From assembly GCA_036504955.1 (NCBI GenBank), contig DASXUI010000320.1:3071-67070 (forward strand): 64,000 nucleotides of DNA, written 5' to 3'. Positions 41,554 to 50,900 of the stretch are shown piece after piece. This DNA is from Armatimonadota bacterium. Its GTDB lineage: Bacteria > Armatimonadota > DTGP01 > DASXUI01. The notes below the pieces were generated by a model. The model saw only the letters and a list, made by a program, of their open reading frames with translations, searched no databases and was not told where the DNA came from. The position numbers and the translations under genes are program-made. How positions within the stretch are numbered: position 1 is the stretch's first letter; each line of letters opens with the position of its first letter.

Positions 41554-42302
41554 GGGCTTCGAGCGAGGGGGCGTTCTTCCTGCCTGGGGCTCGCCTACAA
41601 CGAACTCAAGGTTGCGCTTCCCGTCGCTAGTTCAGGGAGGAATTGAAGGCCTACTCGCCATCCACACTGCTTCCTTCTCAGGGGTAGGCATCGTCGCACT
41701 CATCCCCTTGCCATGATTCAACCCCAAAGAACGCTACCTGCCCGGTATGGCCTGGGCGTTGACCCGAGGCTGCTGTGCCTTGGTGCCAGTGGGTACCGGA
41801 CAGTCGGGCTCCGGGAAGGCTACCGGACGGCCAGCTTTGCTCGGAGCGGCGTCAGGACGAGATTGGCAGGGCTTAACAAGGGGGCCATTCCTAGGAATAA
41901 CGGGCATGAGGGGTCTGGCAACGCCCAAAGGCCTAGACAACCAGGGAACAGATCTTAGGGCTGGCGCCAGGGATGGGGTAGGTCGATGCCGCTGGTGCCA
42001 GCAGCATCGCCAGGGCCGAACCCTTCCTCATGCTCAGCCATCTTCGCGGTTAGCTGCCCCAGCAAGGGTGAGTGGCTGACTCGGCCAAGCTCCCAGGGGG
42101 CCGACGCCCACCCTCACGCCAGAGGGGGACGATAATGAATCCCCAGAGATGGGCCACGCGCGGGTGCCTGTGGCCTCCAACGAGTATAGCGGACGCTTGG
42201 GCATCGGCCCCATGGGTGTCAATAGCCGCCCCGATCTGTACCACCCAGAGTCGGGTGGATCTGTACCACTTGGGCTGGGGGAGGTCGTTGCCTGGTAGTG
42301 GG

Positions 42303-42748
42303 CTAAGACTCAGTCAGAGCTGAGGGAGAGCCTCCTTCCTGGGGGAACAGGGAACGTCGTTGGCGTTGGCGGTAGCTCTCGCCGGTGAGGGCCGTGAGCT
42401 GGGCGTGGTGGGTTAGGCGGTCCAGCGCGGCGGAGGCCAGCAGCCCGTCGCCGAAGACCTCCGCCCACTCCGAGGGCGCCCGGTTGCTGGTGAGCAGAAT
42501 GCTGCCCCGCTCGTAGCGGCGCTGGAGGATCTCGTAGAGGTCCTCGGCTCCCGGGGCGCTGACGGGCCGCAGGCCGAAGTCGTCCAGGATCAGCAGGTCC
42601 ACGCAGCTCAGCTTCTGCAGCCGACGGGGGTAGGTGCCGTCGGCACGGGCGGCATAGAGGCCCGCCAGGAGTCGGTGGGTCGAAGCCGCCAGGACTCGGT
42701 AACCCCGGGAGAGCGCCTCGTAGCCCACGGCGATGGCCAGGTGGCTCT
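42303..42748 (-). pseudogene. istB: istB C-terminal fragment (from ...KSHLAIAVGYEA to the end) of IS21 copy 2
   Basis: SHLAIAVGYEALSRGYRVL...LLILDDFGL...SILLTSNRAPSEWAEVF...LDRLTHHAQLTALTGESYRQR. Resumes exactly at the Walker-A position where the N-terminal fragment breaks off. Confidence 0.75.
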
Positions 42749-43052
42749 TACTGCAACCCTCACACTGCACCTCTAGGTGAGGAGGTTCCCCTTCCGAGCA
42801 CAGTGACGGTGCTCGATCCACGCCATCCCCTCTGGGGCCTGACTCTTCCCCTGGTAGGCCGGGCCCATTCCTCCCTCCTGGGTCCCTGCTTCTGGGTGCT
42901 CCTTCGCGAAGGCGTCCGTCGCCTCGTCTCCGTCTCCTCCACCAACCTGGCCGCCGACCCGCTCCCCCTCTTCCCACTCCCCCTCAGTCTCGGTAGCATC
43001 CATCAGTTGCTGGCTACGTACGCTCGTGTCACATCCGGGCCAGCCGAGGGGG

Positions 43053-43274
43053 ATGCCCATGACCCGCTCGATCCCGCCCCCGCCTCTGGGGCTCCACTCT
43101 GGGGACCCCAGGCTGGGGGAGCAGCCGGAGAGCCCTCCGGTCTGCCTGCCGCCCCACCAAGTGTGGGCCACTCTCCAGCCCTTTCAGCGCCAGCGGGTGC
43201 TGCAGGCTCTCACCCGAGTGTGCCGAGCCCTGCTGACCCCCCAATCCCCGGAGGAGACCGATGAGCGCCTCTGA
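43053..43274 (+). CDS. Small protein translationally coupled to the serine recombinase (candidate accessory/directionality factor)
   Basis: GC3 about 80%. Its stop overlaps the recombinase ATG (43261). Pro-rich N-terminus then a helical VWATLQPFQRQRVLQALTRVCRALL. Start codon uncertain (43026/43053/43062). Confidence 0.35.
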   Translation: MPMTRSIPPPPLGLHSGDPRLGEQPESPPVCLPPHQVWATLQPFQRQRVLQALTRVCRALLTPQSPEETDERL

Positions 43275-45378
43275 CCCGTCCCTCGTGCCGCTGCCCGGCG
43301 CTCAGAAGGTGACCCCTCGCCATCGTCAGGGCTTGGCTTGCGTCTATGTCCGCCAATCCTGCCTCAAGCAGGTGGAGAACAACCGGGAGAGCCAGATCAA
43401 CCAGTACCGTCTGGCGGAGAAGGCCCAGGCTCTGGGCTGGCCTCCCGAGCAGGTACGCGTCATCGATAGCGACCTGGGCCTCTCCGCTCAGAGCAGCGAC
43501 GATCGCTCGGGCTTCAAGGAACTGGTGGCCGAGGTCTCCCTGGGCCATGTCGGGTTGGTCCTGGGCTACGAGGTCTCCCGCTTGGCCCGCAACAACAGCG
43601 ACTGGTACCATCTTCTGGACCTGGCCGCCGTCTTCGGCACCCTCATCGCCGATAGCGACGGTCTCTACGACCCTCGCTCCTACAATGACCGACTCCTGCT
43701 GGGGCTGAAGGGCACCATGAGCGAAGCCGAACTTCACCTGCTGCGCCAGCGCTTGGACGCGGGCCGCCTCACCCAGGTCCAGCGCAACGCCTACCGACAG
43801 CAGCTCCCCACGGGGCTGGAGCGGCGGCTCGATGGCACGGTGGTGAAGGATCCCGATGACCAGGTGCGGCACACCTTGGAGCTGGTCTTCGAGAAGTTCG
43901 AGGAGCTGGGCACCGCCCACGCGGTGATGCGCTACCTTCGCCAGGCCGAGATCCGGCTGCCCCGGCGGCAGCGCTGTGGGCCACAGCGCGGGGAGGTGCT
44001 CTGGAAGGTGGCCGCCGATTGGGCGGTCCGGGACATCCTGCGCAACCCCGCCTACGCCGGAGCCTTCGCCTATGGGCGGCGACAACTCGAACCCAGTCGG
44101 TTGCAGCCCGGCTTCCGGGCTACCGGGCGGTTGGCTCGCCCCGAGGAGGAGTGGCTGCATCTGGCTCAGGGGATCTACCCGGCCTACCTCTCCTGGGAGC
44201 AGTTCGAGGCCAACCAGGAACGGCTCCGAGCCAACAGCACCTTGAGCTGGGCCGCGACTCAGGAAGGGGCAGGACCGGTACGCGAGGGAGCTGCCCTGCT
44301 GCAGGGCTTGGTCTTCTGCGGCGCTTGCGGGCGGCGAATGCGCACGGTCTACCGCGGCGCCACCTACCGCTACGCTTGCGAGGCCTTGGCCAAGGAGCGA
44401 GACCTACCACGCTGCGGGTCGCTGTTGGGGCCTGCCCTGGACGAGAGGGTGGCCGAAGCCTTCCTGGCCGTGCTGCAGCCCGCGCAACTGAGCGCGCTGG
44501 AAGCCCTGTTGGCGGACCAGCAGCAGGAGCGCGAACGGCTCAGCCGCCACTGGGAGGAGCGGCTGAAGCGGGAGCGCTACGAAGCCGGACTGGCAGAGCG
44601 ACAGTACCGGGCGGTAGACCCGGAGAACCGTCTGGTGGCCGCCGAGCTGGAACGACGCTGGGAGGAGACGCTGCGCCGCCTTCAGGCCACCCAGCAGGAG
44701 TACGAGCGCTTTCGGCGCACGCTGGAGGTGCCCCAACTCAGCGAAGAGCAGAAGCAGCTTTTCGCCGAGATCTCGACTCGGCTACCGGGGCTGTGGGAGA
44801 GCGGTGAGCTGAGCCCCCCCCAGAAGAAGGAGTTGCTACGGAGCCTGGTGGACCGGGTGGTGGCCCGGCGGTGGGATTCGGGTACGGTGGAGCTGAGGAT
44901 CCTGTGGGTTTCGGGCCACTACACCGAGACCGTGGTCCGCCACTCCGTGACCCGATTGGTGGATGTGGCCGACTACGACCGGCTGGTCCTCCGGGTGGAG
45001 GCGCTGTGGCGAGAGGGACTGACGGATGAGGCGATCGCGGCGCGTCTCACCGAGGAAGGGCTGCGCTCAGCGCGCTCCCGGCGAATCCCGGCCCAGACCA
45101 TCCAGCAGCTTCGGCTAGAGCGGGGCTGGTATCAGAGGCTGCACCGCAGCCGAGGAGCCGATGAGGTGGAGGGCTACCTGACGGTGCGAGGGCTGGCCGT
45201 GCGGCTGGGAGTCAGGCGGGGTTGGGTCTACCGCTGGCTAGCGAGAAACCCGCTGCAGGAACGCTGGGTTCTAGGACATCCGAAAGGCGGTCTCTACCTG
45301 ATCCGGGCTGACGAGGAACTCCTCGCCCAACTACGTCGGTGCTTACCGGGGAAACCGGGTAGGCCAAAGGGGCATTGA
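43261..45378 (+). CDS. Large serine recombinase (resolvase/invertase N-domain + recombinase domain + zinc ribbon + coiled coil)
   Basis: Catalytic-Ser region ACVYVRQSCLKQ...QINQYR. Resolvase-domain motifs VSLGHVGLVLGYEVSRLARNNSDWYHLLDL. Zinc ribbon CGACGRRMRTVYRGATYRYAC...PRCGS. Long C-terminal coiled coil. 705 aa. Confidence 0.9.
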   Translation: MSASDPSLVPLPGAQKVTPRHRQGLACVYVRQSCLKQVENNRESQINQYRLAEKAQALGWPPEQVRVIDSDLGLSAQSSDDRSGFKELVAEVSLGHVGLVLGYEVSRLARNNSDWYHLLDLAAVFGTLIADSDGLYDPRSYNDRLLLGLKGTMSEAELHLLRQRLDAGRLTQVQRNAYRQQLPTGLERRLDGTVVKDPDDQVRHTLELVFEKFEELGTAHAVMRYLRQAEIRLPRRQRCGPQRGEVLWKVAADWAVRDILRNPAYAGAFAYGRRQLEPSRLQPGFRATGRLARPEEEWLHLAQGIYPAYLSWEQFEANQERLRANSTLSWAATQEGAGPVREGAALLQGLVFCGACGRRMRTVYRGATYRYACEALAKERDLPRCGSLLGPALDERVAEAFLAVLQPAQLSALEALLADQQQERERLSRHWEERLKRERYEAGLAERQYRAVDPENRLVAAELERRWEETLRRLQATQQEYERFRRTLEVPQLSEEQKQLFAEISTRLPGLWESGELSPPQKKELLRSLVDRVVARRWDSGTVELRILWVSGHYTETVVRHSVTRLVDVADYDRLVLRVEALWREGLTDEAIAARLTEEGLRSARSRRIPAQTIQQLRLERGWYQRLHRSRGADEVEGYLTVRGLAVRLGVRRGWVYRWLARNPLQERWVLGHPKGGLYLIRADEELLAQLRRCLPGKPGRPKGH

Positions 45379-45389
45379 GATGGCTGAGC

Positions 45390-45725
45390 TTTGCCCACGC
45401 CGGTCGGTCCGTAGAGCAGCCAGTTCTCCTGTCGGGCGATGAACTCACAGCTCGCCTGGCGCAGAACGAAGGCCCGGTCCAGGGTAGGCAAGGCGGCGAA
45501 GTCGAACTGGCTGAGGCGCTTGGGGCGCTCGAAGCCGGCTTCTCGCTCTCGGCGCTCCAAGACGTGCTGATGACGCCGGTCGATCTCGTCCTCGAGCAGC
45601 AGAGCGAGGAACTCCAGCGGGGAGAGCTGCTGACTCTGAGCCAACTCCACCCGTGCGTTGAGGGTGTTCAGCATCCCCGAGAGCTTCAGCTCCTTGAGCT
45701 TGGGGGCCAGGGGATGAGTCAGCAT
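45390..45725 (-). pseudogene. istB: istB N-terminal fragment of IS21 copy 2 (through Walker A GPTGVGK)
   Basis: MLTHPLAPKLKELKLSGMLNTLNARVELAQ...FDFAALPTLDRAFVLRQASCEFIARQENWLLYGPTGVGK, after which the frame runs into the inserted element. Confidence 0.75.
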
Positions 45726-47260
45726 GAGGGGGCCTCCGGGCCGAAGAACTCCTCAGGCTGCCGAGCATGGGCGTAGGTCCGAGGAGTCGCGGGGACCGCC
45801 TTCCCTTCCTCGGCGAGGGGTTCGCTGTCGAGGCCCGCGGCCAGGATGGCCTTGACCCGCCGGTAATGCGGGTCGCCGTAGTGCAGGGCTCGGGCGCAGG
45901 CCGCCTCCAGGCGCTCCCGACCCACCCGAGCCTCCAGCCCCACCAGGCTCTGCACCGCCCTCAGGTGGTCGGCGGGAGACTGAGCCAGGAGGTAGACCAC
46001 TAATAGATGACAAGAGGGGCCGACTTGCTGAGCGCGCTCCTGGCAGACTTCGGGCGTACGCTCCAGGTAGAGGGCCTTCTCCTTGGGGTAGTGCTCCAGG
46101 CGGGTGAAGCGCTCGCCGGGGCTTTGGGCTCGGGGATGGGTGATCACTAGCTCCGTGCCTCGGTAGAGCTGGAGGGTGTGCTCGTAGAGGTGGGCTTCCA
46201 GGGTCTGGCCCACCAGGGCGTGGGGCACCGAGTAGAAGCTGCCCTCCAGCACCACGTGGCAGTCCCGGTGCACCCGCACCTCGCGGACCGCCTCGAGCTG
46301 GAAGGGCTCGGGGGGGAGAGGTGCCAGGGCCTCCCGCTCCCGCTGGAAGCGGGCCAGGGGCGCTTCGTGAGTGGTGCCGTGGTCCCTTACGCCAGCGACC
46401 TCCCGCACCCAGACTCGCACCCGCTGGTTGGCGTCGGCGAGATCCACGAAGGAAGCCCCCGCCAGAAAGTTCCGCTGCAGGTAGCGGACGCCGTTCTCCA
46501 CCTTGCCCTTGTGCTGGGGGGTACGAGGGCGGCAGGGATGCAGCAGGAAGCCGTAGTGCTGGGCCATCTGGCGGTAAGGAGTGGAGAAGACCGGGTCCTC
46601 CAGAGCATGCTGGAGCACCCCGGCCTTCAGGTTGTCCAGGACGATCTCTTGAGGCGTGCCCTCGAAGCTCTCGAAGGCCCGGCGGTGGCAACCGATCCAG
46701 GTGGGCAGGGACTGGTCGAAGACGAACTCGACGTACTGATGCCGAGAATAGCTCAGGGTCATCAGGAAGGCGTAGGCGGGGCGTAGCTTGCCGGTGCCCG
46801 GGTCCTTCAGCTTCCCGACCGCGGTGAAGTCCACCTGGGCCTGGCGTCCGGGAGACGTCTCCAGGCGCACGGTGGCCTGGGGGCTCGGAGGGCGAAGATG
46901 CCGCACGAAGCGCCGTACCGAGGAGTAGCTTCCTGGGTAGCCGTGGTGCTGGACCAGTCGCTGGTGCATGGCGCTCTGCTCCACCCCTAAGCGCAGCCAC
47001 TCCTCGATCAGCGCTTGGTAGGGCTCTACGCTGGAGGGGCAGCGCGGAGGGGGAGCGGGCGGCCCCAGGTGGGCCAGCAGCAGGTCGGGAGGCGGCAAGG
47101 GCGTCCCAGGCTCCAGGAAGCCCTTCCCTCGGGCCAACTCATGGTAGCGGCGGACGGTCATACGGGAGTGTCCCAGGTCGCGGGCGATGGCCCGCTCGGA
47201 TTGCCCCTGTCGCAGGCGGTAGACGATGTCTTGGATGAGCTGCATGGGTAGTCGCTCCAT
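45719..47260 (-). CDS. istA: IS21 IstA transposase (intact, 513 aa)
   Basis: N-terminal HTH (IQDIVYRLRQGQSERAIARDLGHSRMTVRRY), second HTH (LVQHHGYPGSYSSVRRFV), DDE region (GRQAQVDFT...). Overlaps the istB start by 7 nt. Confidence 0.85.
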   Translation of the reverse strand: MERLPMQLIQDIVYRLRQGQSERAIARDLGHSRMTVRRYHELARGKGFLEPGTPLPPPDLLLAHLGPPAPPPRCPSSVEPYQALIEEWLRLGVEQSAMHQRLVQHHGYPGSYSSVRRFVRHLRPPSPQATVRLETSPGRQAQVDFTAVGKLKDPGTGKLRPAYAFLMTLSYSRHQYVEFVFDQSLPTWIGCHRRAFESFEGTPQEIVLDNLKAGVLQHALEDPVFSTPYRQMAQHYGFLLHPCRPRTPQHKGKVENGVRYLQRNFLAGASFVDLADANQRVRVWVREVAGVRDHGTTHEAPLARFQREREALAPLPPEPFQLEAVREVRVHRDCHVVLEGSFYSVPHALVGQTLEAHLYEHTLQLYRGTELVITHPRAQSPGERFTRLEHYPKEKALYLERTPEVCQERAQQVGPSCHLLVVYLLAQSPADHLRAVQSLVGLEARVGRERLEAACARALHYGDPHYRRVKAILAAGLDSEPLAEEGKAVPATPRTYAHARQPEEFFGPEAPSC

Positions 47261-47744
47261 CGGGCCTCCTCAGCTCTAGGAAGCCTGAAGAGGCTGGTCG
47301 AAAGCAACGACTTCCGCCGGCGGTGGGGTGGTCCAGATCGCCCGACTCCAGGTGGTACCGATCGGGCGACTCTGGGTGGTACAGATCCACCCGACTCCTA
47401 CTGGTACAGTCTAGGGCGGTCAGTGACACATGGGTGCTGGCTAAGCACCTGCATTCCCCGCCCCGAGTGCCCTGACTAGGGTCTGGGCTGACCCATGGCA
47501 GGCCCCGATGCCTGGTGGTGAAGACCGATCGGTCCATATGCCGTGCCTTCGGCAGCCTTAGAGGCAAGGGTCTCCTGCTCACTCACTACGTCTGAGGCGA
47601 CGGCATGAGGTGAGATCACACAGCCAATGGCTTCGGCCCTCTCCGCGTGGTCCTGACCGAACCCAACTACCGAGGCCATCTGCACGAGCCCCCTCCAGTT
47701 CCGCCTGAGAGCGTCGGTGAGGCAATGTCCGCCTCAGGTACAAC

Positions 47745-47960
47745 AACCGCCGGACATCACCTTCAGGTGGGTCATGGAGCATCTGAAGCCACCGGAGATA
47801 GTTCGCAGGTGGACCGTGAAACAACCGGGGAGCCACCGGACATTATCTGCAGGTGGACCGTGAAACAACCGGGGAGCCACCGGACATTACCTGCAGGTGG
47901 ACCGTGAAACAACCAGAGAGCCACCGGAAATGATCTGCAGGTGGACCGTCAGACACCCTT
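47745..47960. repeat. Tandem array of ~44-bp repeats (about 3 full copies plus a partial copy and degenerate leading copies)
   Basis: aggtggaccgtgaaacaaccggggagccaccggacattatctgc repeated head-to-tail with a few substitutions, ~300 bp outside the IS21 copy-2 terminus. No spacers. Confidence 0.7.
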
Positions 47961-50900
47961 AGAACGCAAGGCAATTGGGCAGAGTCGGCTAGGGGCCTTG
48001 AGCCCATACCTATCTGGCGGTTCGTCTCAGGAGACACCGGACACAGGGCTCACTGCCCATTCGATCTCCAGTGACCGGCCATGATCTAGCGTCGGCGAGG
48101 CATGCCGTGGGGTTGGAAAAAGCGGCAGATCCGGCGACGACCTCATGATGGCAACGGCCCCGATCGGGAGCACTCAGTGTCGGGTCAATCGGTACACCCT
48201 GGGGTGGCGGAGGCCGTTGTTGGATGATGGGCTGGAGAGCCTTCAGGCTCCAGGGGGGCTGCCCTCTGTGAGCTGCGGGCGCCTGGTGCCGCGTTAGGGA
48301 GATGGCGCGCGAGTTCCAACCATTTCCTCACGGCCCAGATCGGGGCTGCCGTGAGCCTGAGGCCATCGGCCACGTCGGCGGGACGACCCACTCAGATACG
48401 CGCCACCAAGGGCGGGTCGTTGATACCCCTGCAACTGCCTGGGTACCTTCGCACCGACCATACCCGCGGTGCACTGGCCCTTGCCCCCAGCTCGGCAACG
48501 GAGACACTCCGGAGCCTCGTCGCGGCGGCCGGTGGGCCAACGGCGTCCACGAGTCAGCTTGGCCGAGTAAGCGCCACCGGGCAACCTATACTCGCCCACG
48601 GGCCAGTGCGGGACTCCGCGGCGCTTCACCGGGCGTACTGCAGCCGCCCCCCGTACCTCGCGACACCAGGAGGAAGTCCCACTGGCGAACGGCCACTCAC
48701 ACGCTGGCGCAGGCATCGACAAGCGATGCTCTATAGTGGGCGAAGCCCTGCTCCCCAAGCCACCGTCGCTGACGTGCCCCCGGCCGCCCATGGGCCTGGC
48801 CCCCGGGACCGACTTCAGAGGGAGCCACCGCACGCCCGTTTGTGGGCGTACCGCACCAGCAGAATGTCTGTGTAATGCGGTGGCGGGGCGGCTCAGTGCC
48901 AGGGGCCTCCATATCGACTACTGTCGGGAATCTGAGACCGGGGGTTGCCCCACAGCACTAGCATCTAGGAGACAAGCGATGACATGCTCTTCCTGCTCTG
49001 CCATCGTTCCCAGCCGGCGTGGCAGCACCGCAGTGCCTGGGCGAAGCCCCTCATGCGACGGTACCTGCGTCCAGGCCCGTCGTTACGCGGACGGGCCATC
49101 CTGGCCTCCTGAGCATGTGGGGACCGCCACGGGAGGCACACCCACCCTTGCTACTGCGTCTTGAGTCTCACCAAGCAGACCTTAAGGGATCGTGGCGTGG
49201 GTCCCTGGCATACTCGGCACCCACGCAGTGTATGGGCCCAGAGGGCCTGGCTCTCGCAGCCCCATCGCCCCAGCCAGGCCCCCAACATGCCTCCCAGCCC
49301 TGAGGCCGGGCCTACCCATACCCACCCTCGTTTTCGTACGAGCACCAAGGGCATGGACGTCAGACACGGGTCCCCAAGGAGAGGCCAAGATCCCGCGCTC
49401 AGAAGTGAGGAGAGCAATGATGGCCTCGGCTCCTCCAGAACTGGATATCTAACAGTAGACTGCTCACTATACTGAGAGCGCGCACGCATCGGCTCATTGG
49501 GCAAGCACCGGGCTTGGCGCCCCCCGGCCCTCCGACCGCTGGCCTGTTACCGGCCGGACGCGAGCAGCGAGAGCGCGGCACCAGCAAGGCGGTGCGAGAT
49601 ATGTGGTTTCAGAGCGGTGTAGGGCCCCACAGACGAACATGCAAGGGCTACGAAGTGTGTTGTCATCTTATGTGGAGGTCCGAGGCCGGCACCCGCGAAG
49701 ACCCGTGGTGCTCCGGGCTCAGGGGAGGGCACCCCAATCACGGGTATGGATGCCACACCGTGCCAAGCACAGTACCGCTAGGGATGCCCCGCGGGCCATC
49801 TTACGAATAACACACGCCCTCGTCACCTCGTGTCTAGTGACAGTGGTCCACCTCAGGCAGGGCAATGCGACTGTGCCGGGTGGGAGTGGTGTGACGCAGA
49901 CAGATAGATGGTGGGTCCGACATAAACAAGCGATCCTAGGTATGGTTATGGACGCCAATATGGTATCCCCACGCTTGGATTCGTACCTACGAGAGGGGTT
50001 AAGGTACCCTCCAAATCCCCCTGAGGATCACATAAGCGCCCAAATGTGATCCAGTCAGGCCTGGTGAGGGGTACACTAGCTTCCCGGCCCATCAACATGG
50101 CTTCGCCTAAGGCGTGCGGACTTCCCTTCCCCTAGCTATCAGCGCTCAGCAGGGGAAAGGCCGGCTCTCCATCAACCGGTTCCTTCATGGGGCGTCAGAC
50201 TACCTGACTCCGGGGCATCGGCTCTGCCCTGTAGTCATGGCCCCCGTCTAGCGTCTGCTCACGGGCCGGCCGCTCTGCCTCGACGCAGGCGTCTGGACCT
50301 GAAACGCCTTGGAGGCATAAAGCCAACAGTGAAAGCGACTACCAGTGAGGCACTGAGCCCAGAGGCGCTGATGGCCGCAATGGCTGGTCCAACGCCGCTG
50401 CATAGCCCGGTTGACGGGGGGCACTGTTCACCTGTCCGTCACAGCAGGCCCAAGACGGGGACCGACAGGCCCACAGGCACAGCATGCCGAGCCCCCAACT
50501 TGGGGGGTGACGGGTATTGAGCAGGCGGGCCTGGGCGAGGGGACCCCTTGGGGGAACTGCCTGTACTCGATGTGGTGTACCCTGGGGGCTGCGCCCGAGT
50601 TGGCGGTCCCCACCTGGGGGGGCAAGATCGAGAGTGCGACCGGCTGAGGCACCGGGGCCACGCTCTTGTGGAAGTGCGCAGAATGGTGACGGCTGTCTCT
50701 CCCTTCTGCTGGGGATCCCACCGGAACCTAGCTCCCAGCCCCTTCTCGAATTGGCGTGGCGCCCGACCCGGCCGGCACAGTCTCGAAAACCAGGAGTGCA
50801 GAAGGTACTGCTGATCAGCACCAGATACGGATGGACCCGGCAGGGACTGTCAGAGATACTGCACGCCGAAGGGGCTGTGTGGTCTAGGAGGTGGCACCTG

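Larger units (their letters stand above)
42750..45389 (+). mobile_element. ~2.6-kb element encoding only a large serine recombinase plus a small coupled ORF, inserted into istB within the GVGK|(T/S)HLA codons
   Basis: istB reads ...LLYGPTGVGK then diverges at 45389/45390. The rest (KSHLAIA...) resumes at 42748. Everything in between belongs to the insertion. The LSR gene fills most of it. Confidence 0.7.
42217..47430 (-). mobile_element. IS21-family element, copy 2, complete with 4-bp TGGG target-site duplication; carries a 2.6-kb insertion inside istB
   Basis: Termini tgtcaatagccgccccgatctgtacc (42217...) and the reverse complement of ...ggtacagtctagggcggtcagtgacaca (..47430). Both are immediately flanked by tggg (42213..42216 and 47431..47434). 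Three ~25-bp subterminal direct repeats (cccgactcCAGGTGGTACcGATC-like) at 47340..47410 and gatctgtaccac repeats at 42240..42275. Confidence 0.8.
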
